Notes under the pieces: generated by a model
What the model was told of the DNA's origin: nothing
The model's input: the letters and a program-made list of their open reading frames with translations, nothing else
Databases searched by the model: none
NCBI GenBank assembly: GCA_052327205.1
Contig: CM126207.1
Span: 279,682,001-279,746,000 of the forward strand
Reading direction: 5' to 3'
DNA length: 64,000 nt
DNA from: Somniosus microcephalus
Lineage: Eukaryota
Program-made: the position numbers and the translations under genes
Part shown: positions 1 through 11,092 of the stretch, piece by piece
Numbering within the stretch: the first letter of the stretch is position 1
Layout: the number at the start of each line of letters is the position of its first letter

Positions 1-1
1 C

Positions 2-3001
2 AGCAGCGCAGCGTGCGGGCCGTGGGAGCAGCCATCTTATCCGCCATTTTGTGTACCCCCGGCCGCATGGCATCCGCCGCCATCGTATCCAACGCACTCA
101 ACCGCCATTTCGTCACCGGAACCGACCACCGTCTCGGCGGATGACTATAGTGACTCACTAAGCCACATACTGGCCTCCGTGACGCTGGATCAAGCCCTCC
201 CTCACCATCTATCCAGCTCCATGATGGATATCGCGGTAAACGGCCGCGCCACCAGTTGCCTGATCGACAGCGGGAGCACAGAGAGTTTCGTCCACCCCGA
301 CACGGTACGTAGCCACTCCCTCACGATTCTGCCAACGCACCATCGCATTTCTATGGCGTCCAAGTCCCAGTCAATGGACATCAGCGGCTACTGTGTGGTG
401 ACCCTGTCAGTAGGGGGCACTGAATATAAAAAATTTAAACTGCTAGTCCTGCCCCGTCTTTGCGCTGCCGTCCTGCTAGGGTTGGATTTTCAGTGCCACC
501 TTAAGAGTGTCACACTAGCATACGGTGGACCCCTCCCCCCACTCACAGTCTGCAACCAACAACTTTTAAATCGCCCGCTGCAAACCACCTGCAGCCTTTC
601 CACATTAAAAGTCCCCCCCCCTCCCCTGTTCGCTAACCTCACCCGCGACTGTAAACCCATCGCTACCAAAAGCAGGCGGTACAGTGCCGGGGACAGAGCT
701 TTTATCAGCTCTGAGGTGGAGCGGCTATTGAAGGAGGGCATTATCGAAGGTAGCACTAGCCCCTGGCGAGCCCAGGTTGTAGTCGTTAAAACCACTGCAA
801 AACGCCGCATGGTAATCGACTACAGCCAAACCATAAACCGGTACACCCAGCTGGACGCGTACCCCCTCCCTCGCATATCTGATATGGTCAATCAGATTGC
901 GCAATACAAAGTATTCTCCACCATCGACCTTAAGTCAGCGTACCACCAGCTGCCCATCCGCCATGAGGACCGCCAGTATACTGCCTTCGAGGCAAACGGC
1001 CGCCTCTACCACTTCCTTAGGGTCCCCTTCGGCGTCACCAACGGGGTTTCGGTCTTCCAAAGGGAGATGGACCGAATGGTTGACCAGAACGCGCTGCGGG
1101 CAACCTTCCCCTATTTGGATAACGTCACCATCTGCGGCCACGACCAGCAGGACCACGACGTTAATCTAGCAAATTTCCTCCGTACGGCCCAACGGCTGAA
1201 CCTAACGTACAATAAGGAAAAATGTATGTTTCACACCAAGCGCCTGGCCATCCTCGGCTGCGTGGTGGAGAACGGAGTCATCGGGCCCGACCCCGACAGA
1301 ATGCGCCCCCTAATGGAGCTACCCCTTCCCCACTGCCAAAAAGCACTGAAGAGATGCCTGGGGTTTTTCTCCTACTACGCCCAGTGGGTGCCCCTCTATG
1401 CAGACAAAGCCAGGCCCCTCATCAAAGCCACCTCCTTCCCCCTGACACCAGAGGCGTGTGCAGCCTTCACTCTTATCAAGAACGATATCGCGAAGGCCGC
1501 AATGCACGCGGTGGATGAGTCCATCCCCTTCCAAGTGGAGAGCGATGCCTCCGACTTCGCCCTAGCCGCGACCCTTAACCAGGCGGGCAGACCCGTGGCC
1601 TTTTTCTCAAGGACCCTCCAGGGCCCCGAGACGAGACACTCCTCCGTCGAAAAGGAGGCCCAGGCTATTGTAGAAGCGGTGCGTCACTGGAGGCATTACC
1701 TGGCCGGGAAACGATTTACCCTGCTCACTGACCAGCGTTCAGTAGCTTTTATGTTTAATAATAAGCAGAGGGGTAAAATCAAGAACGACAAGATCTTGAG
1801 GTGGAGAATCGAACTCTCCACCTACAATTATGATATCTTGTATCGGCCAGGGAAACTCAATGAGCCCCCAGATGCCCTATCACGTGGTACATGCGCCAAC
1901 GCGCAGAGTGATAGGCTGCAGTCCCTCCACAATGACCTCTGCCACCCGGGGGTCACCAGGTTTTTCCATTTTATCAAATCCCGTAACCTGCCCTACTCCA
2001 TCGAGGAGGTCAGGACCATGACCAAGAGCTGCCAAATCTGCGCCGAGTGCAAACCGCACTTCTATAGGCCGGACAGAGCAAGCCTGATCAAGGCCACCCG
2101 CCCCTTCGAACGCCTGAGCGTCGATTTTAAAGGGCCCCTCCCCTCCGCTGACCGCAATGTGTACTTCCTCAACATAGTTGATGAGTACTCCCGTTTCCCC
2201 TTTGCCATCCCTTGCCCAGACATGACCAGTACCACGGTCATCAAGTGTCTGAATGACATCTTCGCTCTGTTCGGGTTCCCCAGCTATATACATAGCGACA
2301 GGGGCTCATCGTTCATGAGCGACGAACTTCGGCAGTACCTGCTAACAAGAGGTATCGCCACGAGCAGGACCACCAGTTACAACCCCCGGGGGAACGGCCA
2401 GGTGGAAAGGGAGAACGCGACGGTTTGGAAGGCAGTCCTCTTAGCACTAAAATCTAAGGGCCTTCCGACCTCCCGCTGGCAGGAGGTCCTCCCTGCAGCG
2501 CTTCACTCCATTCGGTCACTGCTTTGTACTGCCACTAATGCGACCCCTCATGAGAAAATGTTCGTTTTCCCCCGGAAGTCTACATCGGGAACCTCGCTAC
2601 CGGCATGGTTGACTTCTCCTGGGCCCGTCCTACTGCGGAGGCACGTGAGGACGCATAAAACGGACCCCCTGGTCGAGCGGGTGCACCTCCTACACGCCAA
2701 CCCCCAGTATGCCTGGGTGACATACCCAGACGGGCGGGAGGACACGGTCTCCATACGAGATCTCGCACCCTCGGGTACCCCTGAATTACCACCGTTATCC
2801 CCCTTACCACCGTTATCCCCCTTACCACTGTTATCCCCCACCACCCCTCCCAACCCAACCCCTGCAGACGGCATGCCAAAGCCCCAGGAATCTTCGCCAA
2901 CCACCCAGACACCAGACCCGACGTCGGATGCTGCAACACCACCGCCGCCACCACGACGATCAGGACGTCAGACAAGGCCTCCTGATAGACTTAACTTGTA
3001 G
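2..3001 (+). CDS. pol: Gypsy A (gag-)pol polyprotein: protease, RT, RNase H, integrase
   Basis: Frame open from window start. Motifs: protease LIDSGS; RT IDLKSAYHQ and YLDNV; RNase H VESDASD and TDQRS; integrase zinc finger HNDLCH...CQIC and core VDFKG / HSDRG / NGQVER. Domain order is Ty3/Gypsy. Confidence 0.95.
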   Translation, partial: SSAACGPWEQPSYPPFCVPPAAWHPPPSYPTHSTAISSPEPTTVSADDYSDSLSHILASVTLDQALPHHLSSSMMDIAVNGRATSCLIDSGSTESFVHPDTVRSHSLTILPTHHRISMASKSQSMDISGYCVVTLSVGGTEYKKFKLLVLPRLCAAVLLGLDFQCHLKSVTLAYGGPLPPLTVCNQQLLNRPLQTTCSLSTLKVPPPPLFANLTRDCKPIATKSRRYSAGDRAFISSEVERLLKEGIIEGSTSPWRAQVVVVKTTAKRRMVIDYSQTINRYTQLDAYPLPRISDMVNQIAQYKVFSTIDLKSAYHQLPIRHEDRQYTAFEANGRLYHFLRVPFGVTNGVSVFQREMDRMVDQNALRATFPYLDNVTICGHDQQDHDVNLANFLRTAQRLNLTYNKEKCMFHTKRLAILGCVVENGVIGPDPDRMRPLMELPLPHCQKALKRCLGFFSYYAQWVPLYADKARPLIKATSFPLTPEACAAFTLIKNDIAKAAMHAVDESIPFQVESDASDFALAATLNQAGRPVAFFSRTLQGPETRHSSVEKEAQAIVEAVRHWRHYLAGKRFTLLTDQRSVAFMFNNKQRGKIKNDKILRWRIELSTYNYDILYRPGKLNEPPDALSRGTCANAQSDRLQSLHNDLCHPGVTRFFHFIKSRNLPYSIEEVRTMTKSCQICAECKPHFYRPDRASLIKATRPFERLSVDFKGPLPSADRNVYFLNIVDEYSRFPFAIPCPDMTSTTVIKCLNDIFALFGFPSYIHSDRGSSFMSDELRQYLLTRGIATSRTTSYNPRGNGQVERENATVWKAVLLALKSKGLPTSRWQEVLPAALHSIRSLLCTATNATPHEKMFVFPRKSTSGTSLPAWLTSPGPVLLRRHVRTHKTDPLVERVHLLHANPQYAWVTYPDGREDTVSIRDLAPSGTPELPPLSPLPPLSPLPLLSPTTPPNPTPADGMPKPQESSPTTQTPDPTSDAATPPPPPRRSGRQTRPPDRLNL

Positions 3002-3043
3002 TACCCTTCACCCCGCCGGACTTCACATTAAACAAGGGGTGAA

Positions 3044-3273
3044 TGTGGTAAACCACTGTATTGTATATTGCCACCTCTGGGTGGCGCTGTGTATGGAGGC
3101 ATGCCTCAGCTGACTCCACCCACCACTGTGTGGGTTTCGTTCAGACTTGTTCAGTCACTCACGAAGAAGCATGGTCTCTTCTTAGCTAATAAAAGCCTTA
3201 TTCATCTCTTCTTTCGACTCGTCATCTCTTCTTCGACTCATCACCTTTTATGAAGTAATTGATAAGCGTATCA
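3044..3273 (+). repeat. 3' LTR of Gypsy A (230 bp)
   Basis: Starts TGTGGTAAACCAC, as does the Gypsy D LTR. Has AATAAA near 3188 and ends AATTGATAAGCGTATCA. Confidence 0.88.
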
Positions 3274-3728
3274 CCCGGAAATCCACCTCGGGCGTATCCA
3301 TGCCGTCATGGCTCTCCACCCCAGGTCCGGTACTCGTGCGAAGGCATGTGAGGGGCCACAAGACGGACCCTCTCGTGGAGCCAGTACACCTACTCCACGC
3401 CAACCCCCAATACGCATATGTCCGGCACGCCGACGGAAGGGAGGACACCGTGTCCATAAAAGACATCGCCCCAGCCGGCATCAACAACAACCACGGCAAT
3501 AGCAGCGACGACGATCACAGCAACCCTTACCCACCCACTATTCTTTCATCACCCCCGGAAGAACATCGACCAACGGCACCCCCACCAACTACCCCTTCAA
3601 CAACCCCGGCGGCACCCCCGGCAGAGACCCAGGAGGCTACCGGGGACACCCAGCCGACACCCGCGGCACCACAACAGCCACGTCGGTCGCAGAGGACTAT
3701 CAAACCCCCGAACAGACTAAATCTATAG
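3274..3728 (+). pseudogene. Integrase C-terminal fragment of Gypsy B
   Basis: RKSTSGVSMPSWLSTPGPVLVRRHVR...DGREDTVS...RRSQRTIKPPNRLNL is homologous to the end of Gypsy A pol. PPT AGAAGGGGTGAA follows. Confidence 0.9.
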
Positions 3729-3738
3729 AAGGGGTGAA

Positions 3739-4027
3739 TGTGATGAAATATATTCCATTCATCACTGCCTGTTTTCTGTGTCTTCTAACTGCCTGCTTTC
3801 TGTGTCTTTTCCCTTCCCCCAGTCCTCATGTATTATGCATTGGAATGTGCTGGAACTGGTTGTGTGCAGGGCTCCGCCCATACCTGGCTCCTTTGTAATC
3901 TAACTTCAGTCCGGCATCAGCCTCCTGAAGGTAGACATCTCTCTATTTTACGTGTTATGTTCTGAGTTAATAAAAGCCTTACTTTTGTTCTGCTAACTTC
4001 GAGTCTCGGAATAATTGAGGCACATCA
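3739..4027 (+). repeat. 3' LTR of Gypsy B (289 bp)
   Basis: TG...CA directly after the PPT. Contains AATAAA and ends AATTGAGGCACATCA. Confidence 0.9.
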
Positions 4028-4034
4028 ATAAAAT

Positions 4035-4323
4035 TGATGTGCCTCAATTATTCCGAGACTCGAAGTTAGCAGAACAAAAGTAAGGCTTTTATTAACTCAG
4101 AACATAACACGTAAAATAGAGAGATGTCTACCTTCAGGAGGCTGATGCCGGACTGAAGTTAGATTACAAAGGAGCCAGGTATGGGCGGAGCCCTGCACAC
4201 AACCAGTTCCAGCACATTCCAATGCATAATACATGAGGACTGGGGGAAGGGAAAAGACACAGAAAGCAGGCAGTTAGAAGACACAGAAAACAGGCAGTGA
4301 TGAATGGAATATATTTCATCACA
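4035..4323 (-). repeat. Inverted copy of the Gypsy B LTR (probable 5' LTR of a second copy)
   Basis: Reverse complement of 3739-4027 with no mismatch seen, separated by the spacer ATAAAAT. Confidence 0.92.
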
Positions 4324-4458
4324 CCCTTTCCACTATCCTCTTCATCCCTGCATGTGCACCTCACTTTATGGCCAAAGGGACCTGAAAGCCCCAATGCCCA
4401 GCCCTCATCCAACAGCTATGGGACTCTCATGAAAATCACTTGCACATTCAGCACTTTA

Positions 4459-4735
4459 CACACTGTAAGGGCTATTCCACCATGGGAGGCAGTGCAGGCA
4501 AGATGAGGGCTTGACACTGTCAGGGCTATTCCACCATGGGAGGCAGTGCAGGCAAGATCAGGGCTTGACACGGTCAGGGCTATTCCACCATGGGAGGCAG
4601 TGCAGGCAAGATCAGGGCTTGACACTGTCAGGGCTATTCCACCATGGGAGGCAGTGCAGGCAAGATGAGGGCTTCACACCGTCAGGGCTATTCCACCATG
4701 GGAGGCAGTGCAGGCAAGGTGAGGGCTTCACACTG
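4459..4735 (+). repeat. 54-bp tandem repeat, about 5 copies, in the intron of a Harbinger Myb-like gene
   Basis: Unit CACTGTCAGGGCTATTCCACCATGGGAGGCAGTGCAGGCAAGATCAGGGCTTGA. Confidence 0.9.
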
Positions 4736-4763
4736 TACTCAGAGCCCGTCCTTTCTCTTGCAG

Positions 4764-6044
4764 GGCAAGCTGACCCACAATCGCAGGCAGCAGCGATGGA
4801 CCGGGGGAGGCCGTCCTGACCTTAAAGAGCTCAGCGACCTGGAGCAGCGAGTGGAGCAGATTATGGGAGGCCGGCTGATTGGCCCCATCACCACTGGAGA
4901 TGCCGACCCCGTTCTGGACAGCAATGGTAAGGACATCACCTTTTTGACCTCTCTCTTTCCACTTGTGCCTCACACCAGCATCCTTTGCCACTCTCGAACC
5001 AATGCAGTGCATTGCAGCACTCATGCCTCCCTCGCTGCTGCCCTGCCCTCACTCTAAAGCAACTCTTGTGCCTCCCTGCTTTCAGATGCTGATTCGCCAG
5101 GTGAGGAGGCGGGCCCTCAAGCTGGCACTGTGTCTGACTCAGAATTCGAGGAGGAGGAAGAGGAAGCCGGCCCATCAGTGCCACCCTCAGCCGACGCAGC
5201 CCATGGCCATGATGGGGACACGTCTTCCCTGGAGGGGAGCAGGGGGGAAGGGTCTGATGAGGGTGAAGCTCCAGGGCCCAGCAGGCTGCAGCAACGCGGG
5301 AGGGGTGGGGAAGCTCGGCGGCCTTCTCCCCGGAGTGTGAGTGCGGCCTCCAGTCCTGCTACTGTGAGCGCAGAGGAGGTGCAGCTCCTTGGTGAAATGG
5401 GCGCCCAGGCTGAGCGCAGGCACATTGAGCTCATGGCTGCAGTGGCAAGGATGCCTGACTCCATAGAGTCACTGGCAAGGAGTGTTCAGGACTTCGCGGC
5501 AGCACAGGCGGCTTCCAGCCAAGTGCTCAGTCGTGCTGTGCATTCACTGGCTGGTGTGATGCAGACACAGACCAGGGCCACACGGGCACTAACTGCTGCC
5601 ACCCTCGCTGGATCGGCCAGGCATCGACGGGGCCCTCGCCACGCCACAGCAGCCCAGCAGTCTGTGCTTCAGCAGATTGCTGCGCATGCTTCACAGCTGG
5701 CCCGTGCGAGTGCCAGTGTCTCGGCTGGCCAGGGAGTGCCTGTGCTCTGTCAGGTTGGCAGCATTCCTGCAGCCAACACTGTCACTCCTCCACTGCAGCT
5801 GCCACCACCCGTAGGACAGACTGCTGCCGCCCAAGCAGAGTTGGAGCAGTCAGCAGCCGGGCCCTCCAGGCCCAGAGCTGGTCCAGGCCGTCCCCCAAGG
5901 GCATCTGCCGTCTCACCATCTGACCCTCAGCAGCCTTCCCCCAGCCTTGCTACAGCCACTGGGGTCCCATTGAGGAGGAGCTACAGGGCGGGAAGGGGCC
6001 AATCGTGGAAGCGAGGCGGATCACCCTCCCAGGCAAAAAAGTAG
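4764..6044 (+). pseudogene. Harbinger Myb/SANT-like gene, exon 2 (4764-4926) and exon 3 (5086-6044); exon 1 displaced by the Gypsy insertions
   Basis: Same 163-nt exon 2, splice sites and peptide blocks (RWTGGG; RHIELMAAVARMPDSIESLARSV) as the gene at 11093-13206. The spliced frame is open. Confidence 0.8.
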
Positions 6045-6074
6045 AAGGTGTGGCAAAATGAATTTCTAGGCCCT

Positions 6075-6285
6075 TCTCTTTATTTACTCGATCAAAACCC
6101 CTCAATTTTGATCTTCTCCATTAAATCTCCTCTTAACCTTCCCTGCTCTAAGGAGAACAACCCCAGCTTCTCCAGTCTCTCCACGTATCTGAAGCCCCTC
6201 ATCCCTGGAAACCATTCTAGTAAATCTCCTCTGCACCATCTCTAAGGCCTCGACATCCTTCTTAAAGTGCGGTGCCCAGAATTGG
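6075..6285 (-). mobile_element. CR1 LINE fragment
   Basis: QFWAPHFKKDVEALEMVQRRFTRM, typical of the CR1 ORF2 C-terminus. Confidence 0.85.
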
Positions 6286-6289
6286 CCAT

Positions 6290-6945
6290 CAGACCTGATT
6301 GGGTCGAGGTGGAGAAAGGGAGTGAAGTCCTTACAGGAGGTGGGATGGGAAGGAACATCATCCAGGCCGGAGGTGGAGGGAGGGCAGTCCCGGGAGGGGA
6401 GGGTCTGAGACGGGCCTTGTAAAGGCGAGGGACGGGTGGATATTGAAAGTGTCAGGTGCAAGGGTGGGAAACATCACTGCGAGCGATCGGGGAGCGGGCC
6501 TGGGCAAGACTGAAACAAAAAGTTGCTCAACACACCTTAGAAAAAGGCAGCCATAGCTGGGCCCCAAGCTGGTTCCCATGGCGACACCGGAGGAATTGAG
6601 ACAGAAAGTGCTCGGGGTGAGAACCAGCTGGGACAGGAGGAGGCGGGAGGGGTGATGGAGGCTGGTCAGTGTAATGTATGTAATGTATATATACCTTAAG
6701 GGAGAGAACTACTTTTTACAACTCCTGTATACTGTAGTACCGGCAGTGACCACACCTGTATATAAACCCTGAGTCATGATCTGTACAGTTAGTTCTAGAG
6801 TAACCCTCATTCAGTAAACACCTGTTGAATCGTTCCCTGCAGTCTGATTATTGAAGGACACAACATTAAGATACACGGATATAACAGTCAGGCCACTGAT
6901 TGAGGAAGATACGGAGGGCTGTAGCCAGCCTGGTGAAGGAAGGGT
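6290..6945 (-). mobile_element. Degenerate Penelope-like RT fragment, split by a solo LTR
   Basis: GVAMGTSLGPSYGCLF...VEQLF and HPSLAFT resemble the Penelope RT motif GVAMGTxMGPSYACLF. Confidence 0.65.
6670..6886 (+). mobile_element. Solo LTR related to Gypsy C
   Basis: TGT...ACA with 5-bp TSD GTCAG (6665-6669, 6887-6891). Shares CTCCTGTATACTGTAGTACCGGCAGTGACCACACCTG with the Gypsy C LTRs. Confidence 0.92.
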
Positions 6946-7509
6946 GAGGAGGGGGTTTGAAGAAGTTCTGCTGCTCTCTTTGTCATCATCTAATCTATTT
7001 TTTAACACGTTGACAGATTTGCTGCGTTCTCTCTTTATATCTCTGACTTCACAGTATTTTTCCACTGAATATTTTCCTCCTCCCTCACCTGACCCTGTGA
7101 GTCTGCTGATTTTTTAAAGCACACAGTCGTCACGTGGTGGTATTTTTAGAAAGCCCAGTGATCCTGTTCCCCACTCATTGACACGGCTGTGATGTGTCTG
7201 GTAATGGCGGAGTTTCAGCACCTTCCCACGGAACAAACCCTCCACATTTTCTCCTTGTTTCTCCCCCGCTTCCCCCGAAGACCCGGGCACCAGATGCCCT
7301 CGCCCCGAGTGGCCATGCATCATCTGGGAGGCTGAGGCTGCGATCACAGCACTAACTCCCGCCAGAGTGAGCGAGGCAGCAGCAAACCATGTGAACACCT
7401 CGTACAAAACAACGGCACCACAGGCGGCAGAACACGGCACAACATCCCCAGGGTGGGGCGGCAGTGAATCAGAGCCTCACCAGCCCCCGGGCCAGGAGCC
7501 ACTTAAAAA

Positions 7510-7620
7510 GAGGGCTCAATGGGCCACATTCTCGCCTCAGAGTCAGAAGGTCGTGGGTTCAAGTCCCACTCCAGAGACTTGAGCTCATAATCCAGGCTGA
7601 CACTCCCAGTGGCGTACTGA
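7510..7620 (+). mobile_element. tRNA-derived SINE head (DeuSINE/SacSINE1-like)
   Basis: B-box-like GGTTCAAGTCCC, then CCAGAGACTTGAGC...GGCTGACACTCC, shared with the SINE copy at 20365. Confidence 0.7.
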
Positions 7621-8626
7621 GGGAGTGCTGCACTGTCGGAGGGGCAGTAATGAGGGAGCGCTGCACTGTCGGAGGGGCAGTACTGAGGGAGTGCTGTACG
7701 GTCGGAGGGGCAGTACTGAGGGAGCGCTGCACTGTCGGAGGGGCAGTACTGAGGGAGTGCTGTACGGTCGGAGGGGCAGTACTGAGGGAGTGCTGTACGG
7801 TCGGAGGGGCAGTACTGAGGGAGCGCTGCACTGTCGGAGGGGCAGTACTGAGGGAGCGCCGCACTGTCGGAGGGGCAGTACTGAGGGAGTGCTGCACTGT
7901 CGAGGGGCAGTACTGAGGGAGTGCTGCACTGTCGGAGGGGCAGTACTGAGGGAGTGCTGCACTGTCGGAGGGGCAGTACTGAGGGAGTGCTGCACTGTCG
8001 GAGGGGCAGTACTGAGGGAGTGCTGTACGGTCGGAGGGGCAGTACTGAGGGAGCGCCACACTATCGGAGGGGGCAATACTGAGGGAGCGCTGCACTTTCG
8101 GAGGTCAGTGCTGAGTGAGCGCTCCACTGTCGGAGGGGCAGTACTGAGGGAGTGCCGCACTGTCGGAGGGGCAGTACTGAGGGAGTGCTGCACTGTCGGA
8201 GGGGCAGTACTGAGGGAGTGCTGCACTGTCGGAGGGGCAGTACTGAGGGAGCTCAGCACTGTCGGAGGGGCAGTACTGACGGAGCACGGCATTGTAGGAG
8301 GGGCAGTACTGAGGGAGCGCTGCACTGTCGGAGGCGCAGTACTGAGGGAGCGCCACACTGTCGGAGGGGCAGTACTGAGGGAGCGCTGCAGTGTCGGAGG
8401 GGCAGTAGTGAGTGAGTGCTGCACAGTCGGAAGGTCAGTACTGAGGGAGAGCTGCACTGTCGGAGGGGCAGTACTGAGGGAGCGCTACACTGTTGGAGGG
8501 GCAGTACTGAGGGAGTGCTGTACGGTTGGAGGGCCAGTACTGAGGGTGCACTGCACTGTCGGAGGGGCAGTACTGAGGGAGCGCCGCACTGTCAGAGGGG
8601 CAGTACTGAGGGAGCACAGCATTGTC
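7615..8626 (+). repeat. 33-bp SINE-derived minisatellite, about 30 copies
   Basis: Unit GCAGTACTGAGGGAGTGCTGCACTGTCGGAGGG. Confidence 0.95.
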
Positions 8627-9605
8627 GACACACAAACAAACACNNNNNNNNNNNNNNNNNNNNNNNNNNNNNNNNNNNNNNNNNNNNNNNNNNNNNNNNN
8701 NNNNNNNNNNNNNNNNNNNNNNNNNNNNNNNNNNNNNNNNNNNNNNNNNNNNNNNNNNNNNNNNNNNNNNNNNNNNNNNNNNNNNNNNNNNNNNNNNNNN
8801 NNNNNNNNNNNNNNNNNNNNNNNNNNNNNNNNNNNNNNNNNNNNNNNNNNNNNNNNNNNNNNNNNNNNNNNNNNNNNNNNNNNNNNNNNNNNNNNNNNNN
8901 NNNNNNNNNNNNNNNNNNNNNNNNNNNNNNNNNNNNNNNNNNNNNNNNNNNNNNNNNNNNNNNNNNNNNNNNNNNNNNNNNNNNNNNNNNNNNNNNNNNN
9001 NNNNNNNNNNNNNNNNNNNNNNNNNNNNNNNNNNNNNNNNNNNNNNNNNNNNNNNNNNNNNNNNNNNNNNNNNNNNNACACTCATACGGACACACACAAC
9101 TCACACACACACTCACTCATACACACCCATACACTCACACTCACACACACACTCATACCCACACACATTCACACACTCTCACACACAGACACACAAACTC
9201 ACACTCACACACACAAGCACACACACACTCACTCACAAACGCACACACTCACACTCACTCACACTCACTCACATGCACACAGTCACACGCACACATGCAC
9301 TCATACACACCCACACACACTCACACTCACACACACACACACTCACAGACTCACACTCACACTCACACACCTATGCACTCACACACACACTCACACACAC
9401 ACTCTCACACACACACTCAAACTCACAAGCACAAACACACACTCACACACTCGCACAAATGCGCTCACACACNNNNNNNNNNNNNNNNNNNNNNNNNNNN
9501 NNNNNNNNNNNNNNNNNNNNNNNNNNNNNNNNNNNNNNNNNNNNNNNNNNNNNNNNNNNNNNNNNNNNNNNNNNNNNNNNNNNNNNNNNNNNNNNNNNNN
9601 NNNNN
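8627..9605. repeat. (CA)n/(CACT)n low-complexity tract with assembly gaps 8644-9077 and 9473-9605
   Basis: Seen directly. Confidence 0.95.
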
Positions 9606-9887
9606 CTTAAAGGATGATGTTTTCCAATAACTAGACGGAGGCTGTAAATTAACAATCAACAGGTGTTTACTGGAGGAGGGTAGTCTAAAGACTAACAGTA
9701 CAGAGGCATGCTCAAGGCTTATATACAGGTGTGGTCACTGCCGGTACTACAGTATACAGGAGCTGTAAAAGTAGTTCTCTCTTAAAGGTACATACACTAC
9801 AATTCCTCCCCTTTTAGATTAGCAGTACCCATAACATTCAAATAACAGTTAACACTTTAACATGCACATTTAACTGAAATAGTCCAT

Positions 9888-10734
9888 TTATAGATTCAGT
9901 CTTTGGGGCGGCTTCCTGATCCTTTCTGGATAGCGCCTTTCCTGAGGTTCTTGTTCTTGGTGCGGAGGCGATTCTGGCCCCCTTTCATCGGTTAGTTCAT
10001 CAGCTTCCGCTGCTACTGTTTCTGAGGATGATGCTACCGGTATGTCAGGTTCATCCCCAGGTACGCGAGACATGGGGTTGACTCGTTCCTGTGGCGCTAG
10101 GATCTGGTCGACGTGGCGTCTCACAATGTTCTCCCCGACATCCACTGTGTACATTAATGGCCCCTGCCGTGTGCATATCGTTCCGGGTTGCCATTTCTCT
10201 GTTCGGTAGTCGCGGGCCAAGGCTGGTTGTCCTACATTGAAGCTCCTTGTCGGCTTCTCATTGATGTGCTGGAATTGCTTATCCTCAACATTTCTTCGCA
10301 CATTTGGTCTGAGCAAATCCAGACGAGATCTCAACCTTCGGTTAAAGAATATCATGGCCGGGGTCTGGTTGGTAACTGCATGTGTCGCATTTCTGTAGGC
10401 TAACAGGAAATTGTCCACCTTATGCTGTAGTGGAATTTCATCATCGCACATGGCCCTTATCGCCTTTTTAAAGGTTTGTACGAACCTCTCAGCCAATCCA
10501 TTTGTGGCTGGATGATACGGGGCGGATGTGTAATGCCTTACCCCATTCCTTCTCATAAATTTCCGAAACTCTTCGGACACAAAGTGTGGTCCGTTATCAG
10601 AGCAAATCTGCTCTGGCAAACCGTTCCTGGCAAATATGGTCCGTAGGACTGCAATCATTTTCTCTGTAGTGGTTGAGGACATTTTAATCACCTCAGGCCA
10701 CTTTGAATGAGCATCCACTGCTATTAAGAACATT
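9888..10734 (-). pseudogene. Gypsy C integrase core and C-terminus
   Basis: VDAHSKW, CSDNGP, NGLAERFV, RRYPERIRKPPQRLNL. Joins in frame to IDFAGPFMDS at 14589 once the Harbinger is removed. Confidence 0.93.
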
Positions 10735-11092
10735 GGCCTAGAAATTGGGTATAGCCCCGCTTGAGGCGTTAGAACTGGTGCTGCGCAAAGTTTATAGCCA
10801 GACGAAACTTATCGCTGCCTGGCGAGATATTGGGTTGCATCGCCCCCAAAGGGGATTGAGGCGCTAACTCAGACCTTGCACGGGGCTCCTAAGGCGCAAA
10901 AGTTCAGGCGCTACTCAATATCGTCGCGGACGGGCGCAGCGCAGGTGATCTCAATTACCGGAAACCACGAGACTTCCAGGCGCCGGCCGGCTCTTAAAGG
11001 GGTGGGTCAGTCAGCCTGAGCTGCTACACTCAACGCCCTGTAGGCCTCAGAATCGGCGCTCGCCCTTCTCTGGTGCAAGAAACTTGGTGAGG

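Larger units (their letters stand above)
1..3273 (+). mobile_element. Gypsy LTR retrotransposon A, 3' part (5' end outside window), inserted into the integrase of Gypsy B
   Basis: Intact pol, PPT AAACAAGGGGTGAA at 3030-3043, LTR TG...CA at 3044-3273. The integrase sequence of a different element starts immediately at 3274. Confidence 0.93.

Noticed and set aside
2760-3001. Possible env or chromodomain after the integrases
   Set aside because: All four integrases end in Pro-rich or acidic tails and an RRSxRxxxPPxRL-type motif shortly before the PPT, leaving no room for another domain.
7114-7440. 108-aa ORF with a hydrophobic stretch
   Set aside because: Non-ATG start, no recognisable motif and no splice context.
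7525-7575. tRNA-like sequence with a B box
   Set aside because: Degenerate SINE head running into the SINE body; no complete cloverleaf.
8416-9659. His/Thr-rich ORFs spanning N runs
   Set aside because: Artefacts of assembly gaps and (CA)n tracts.
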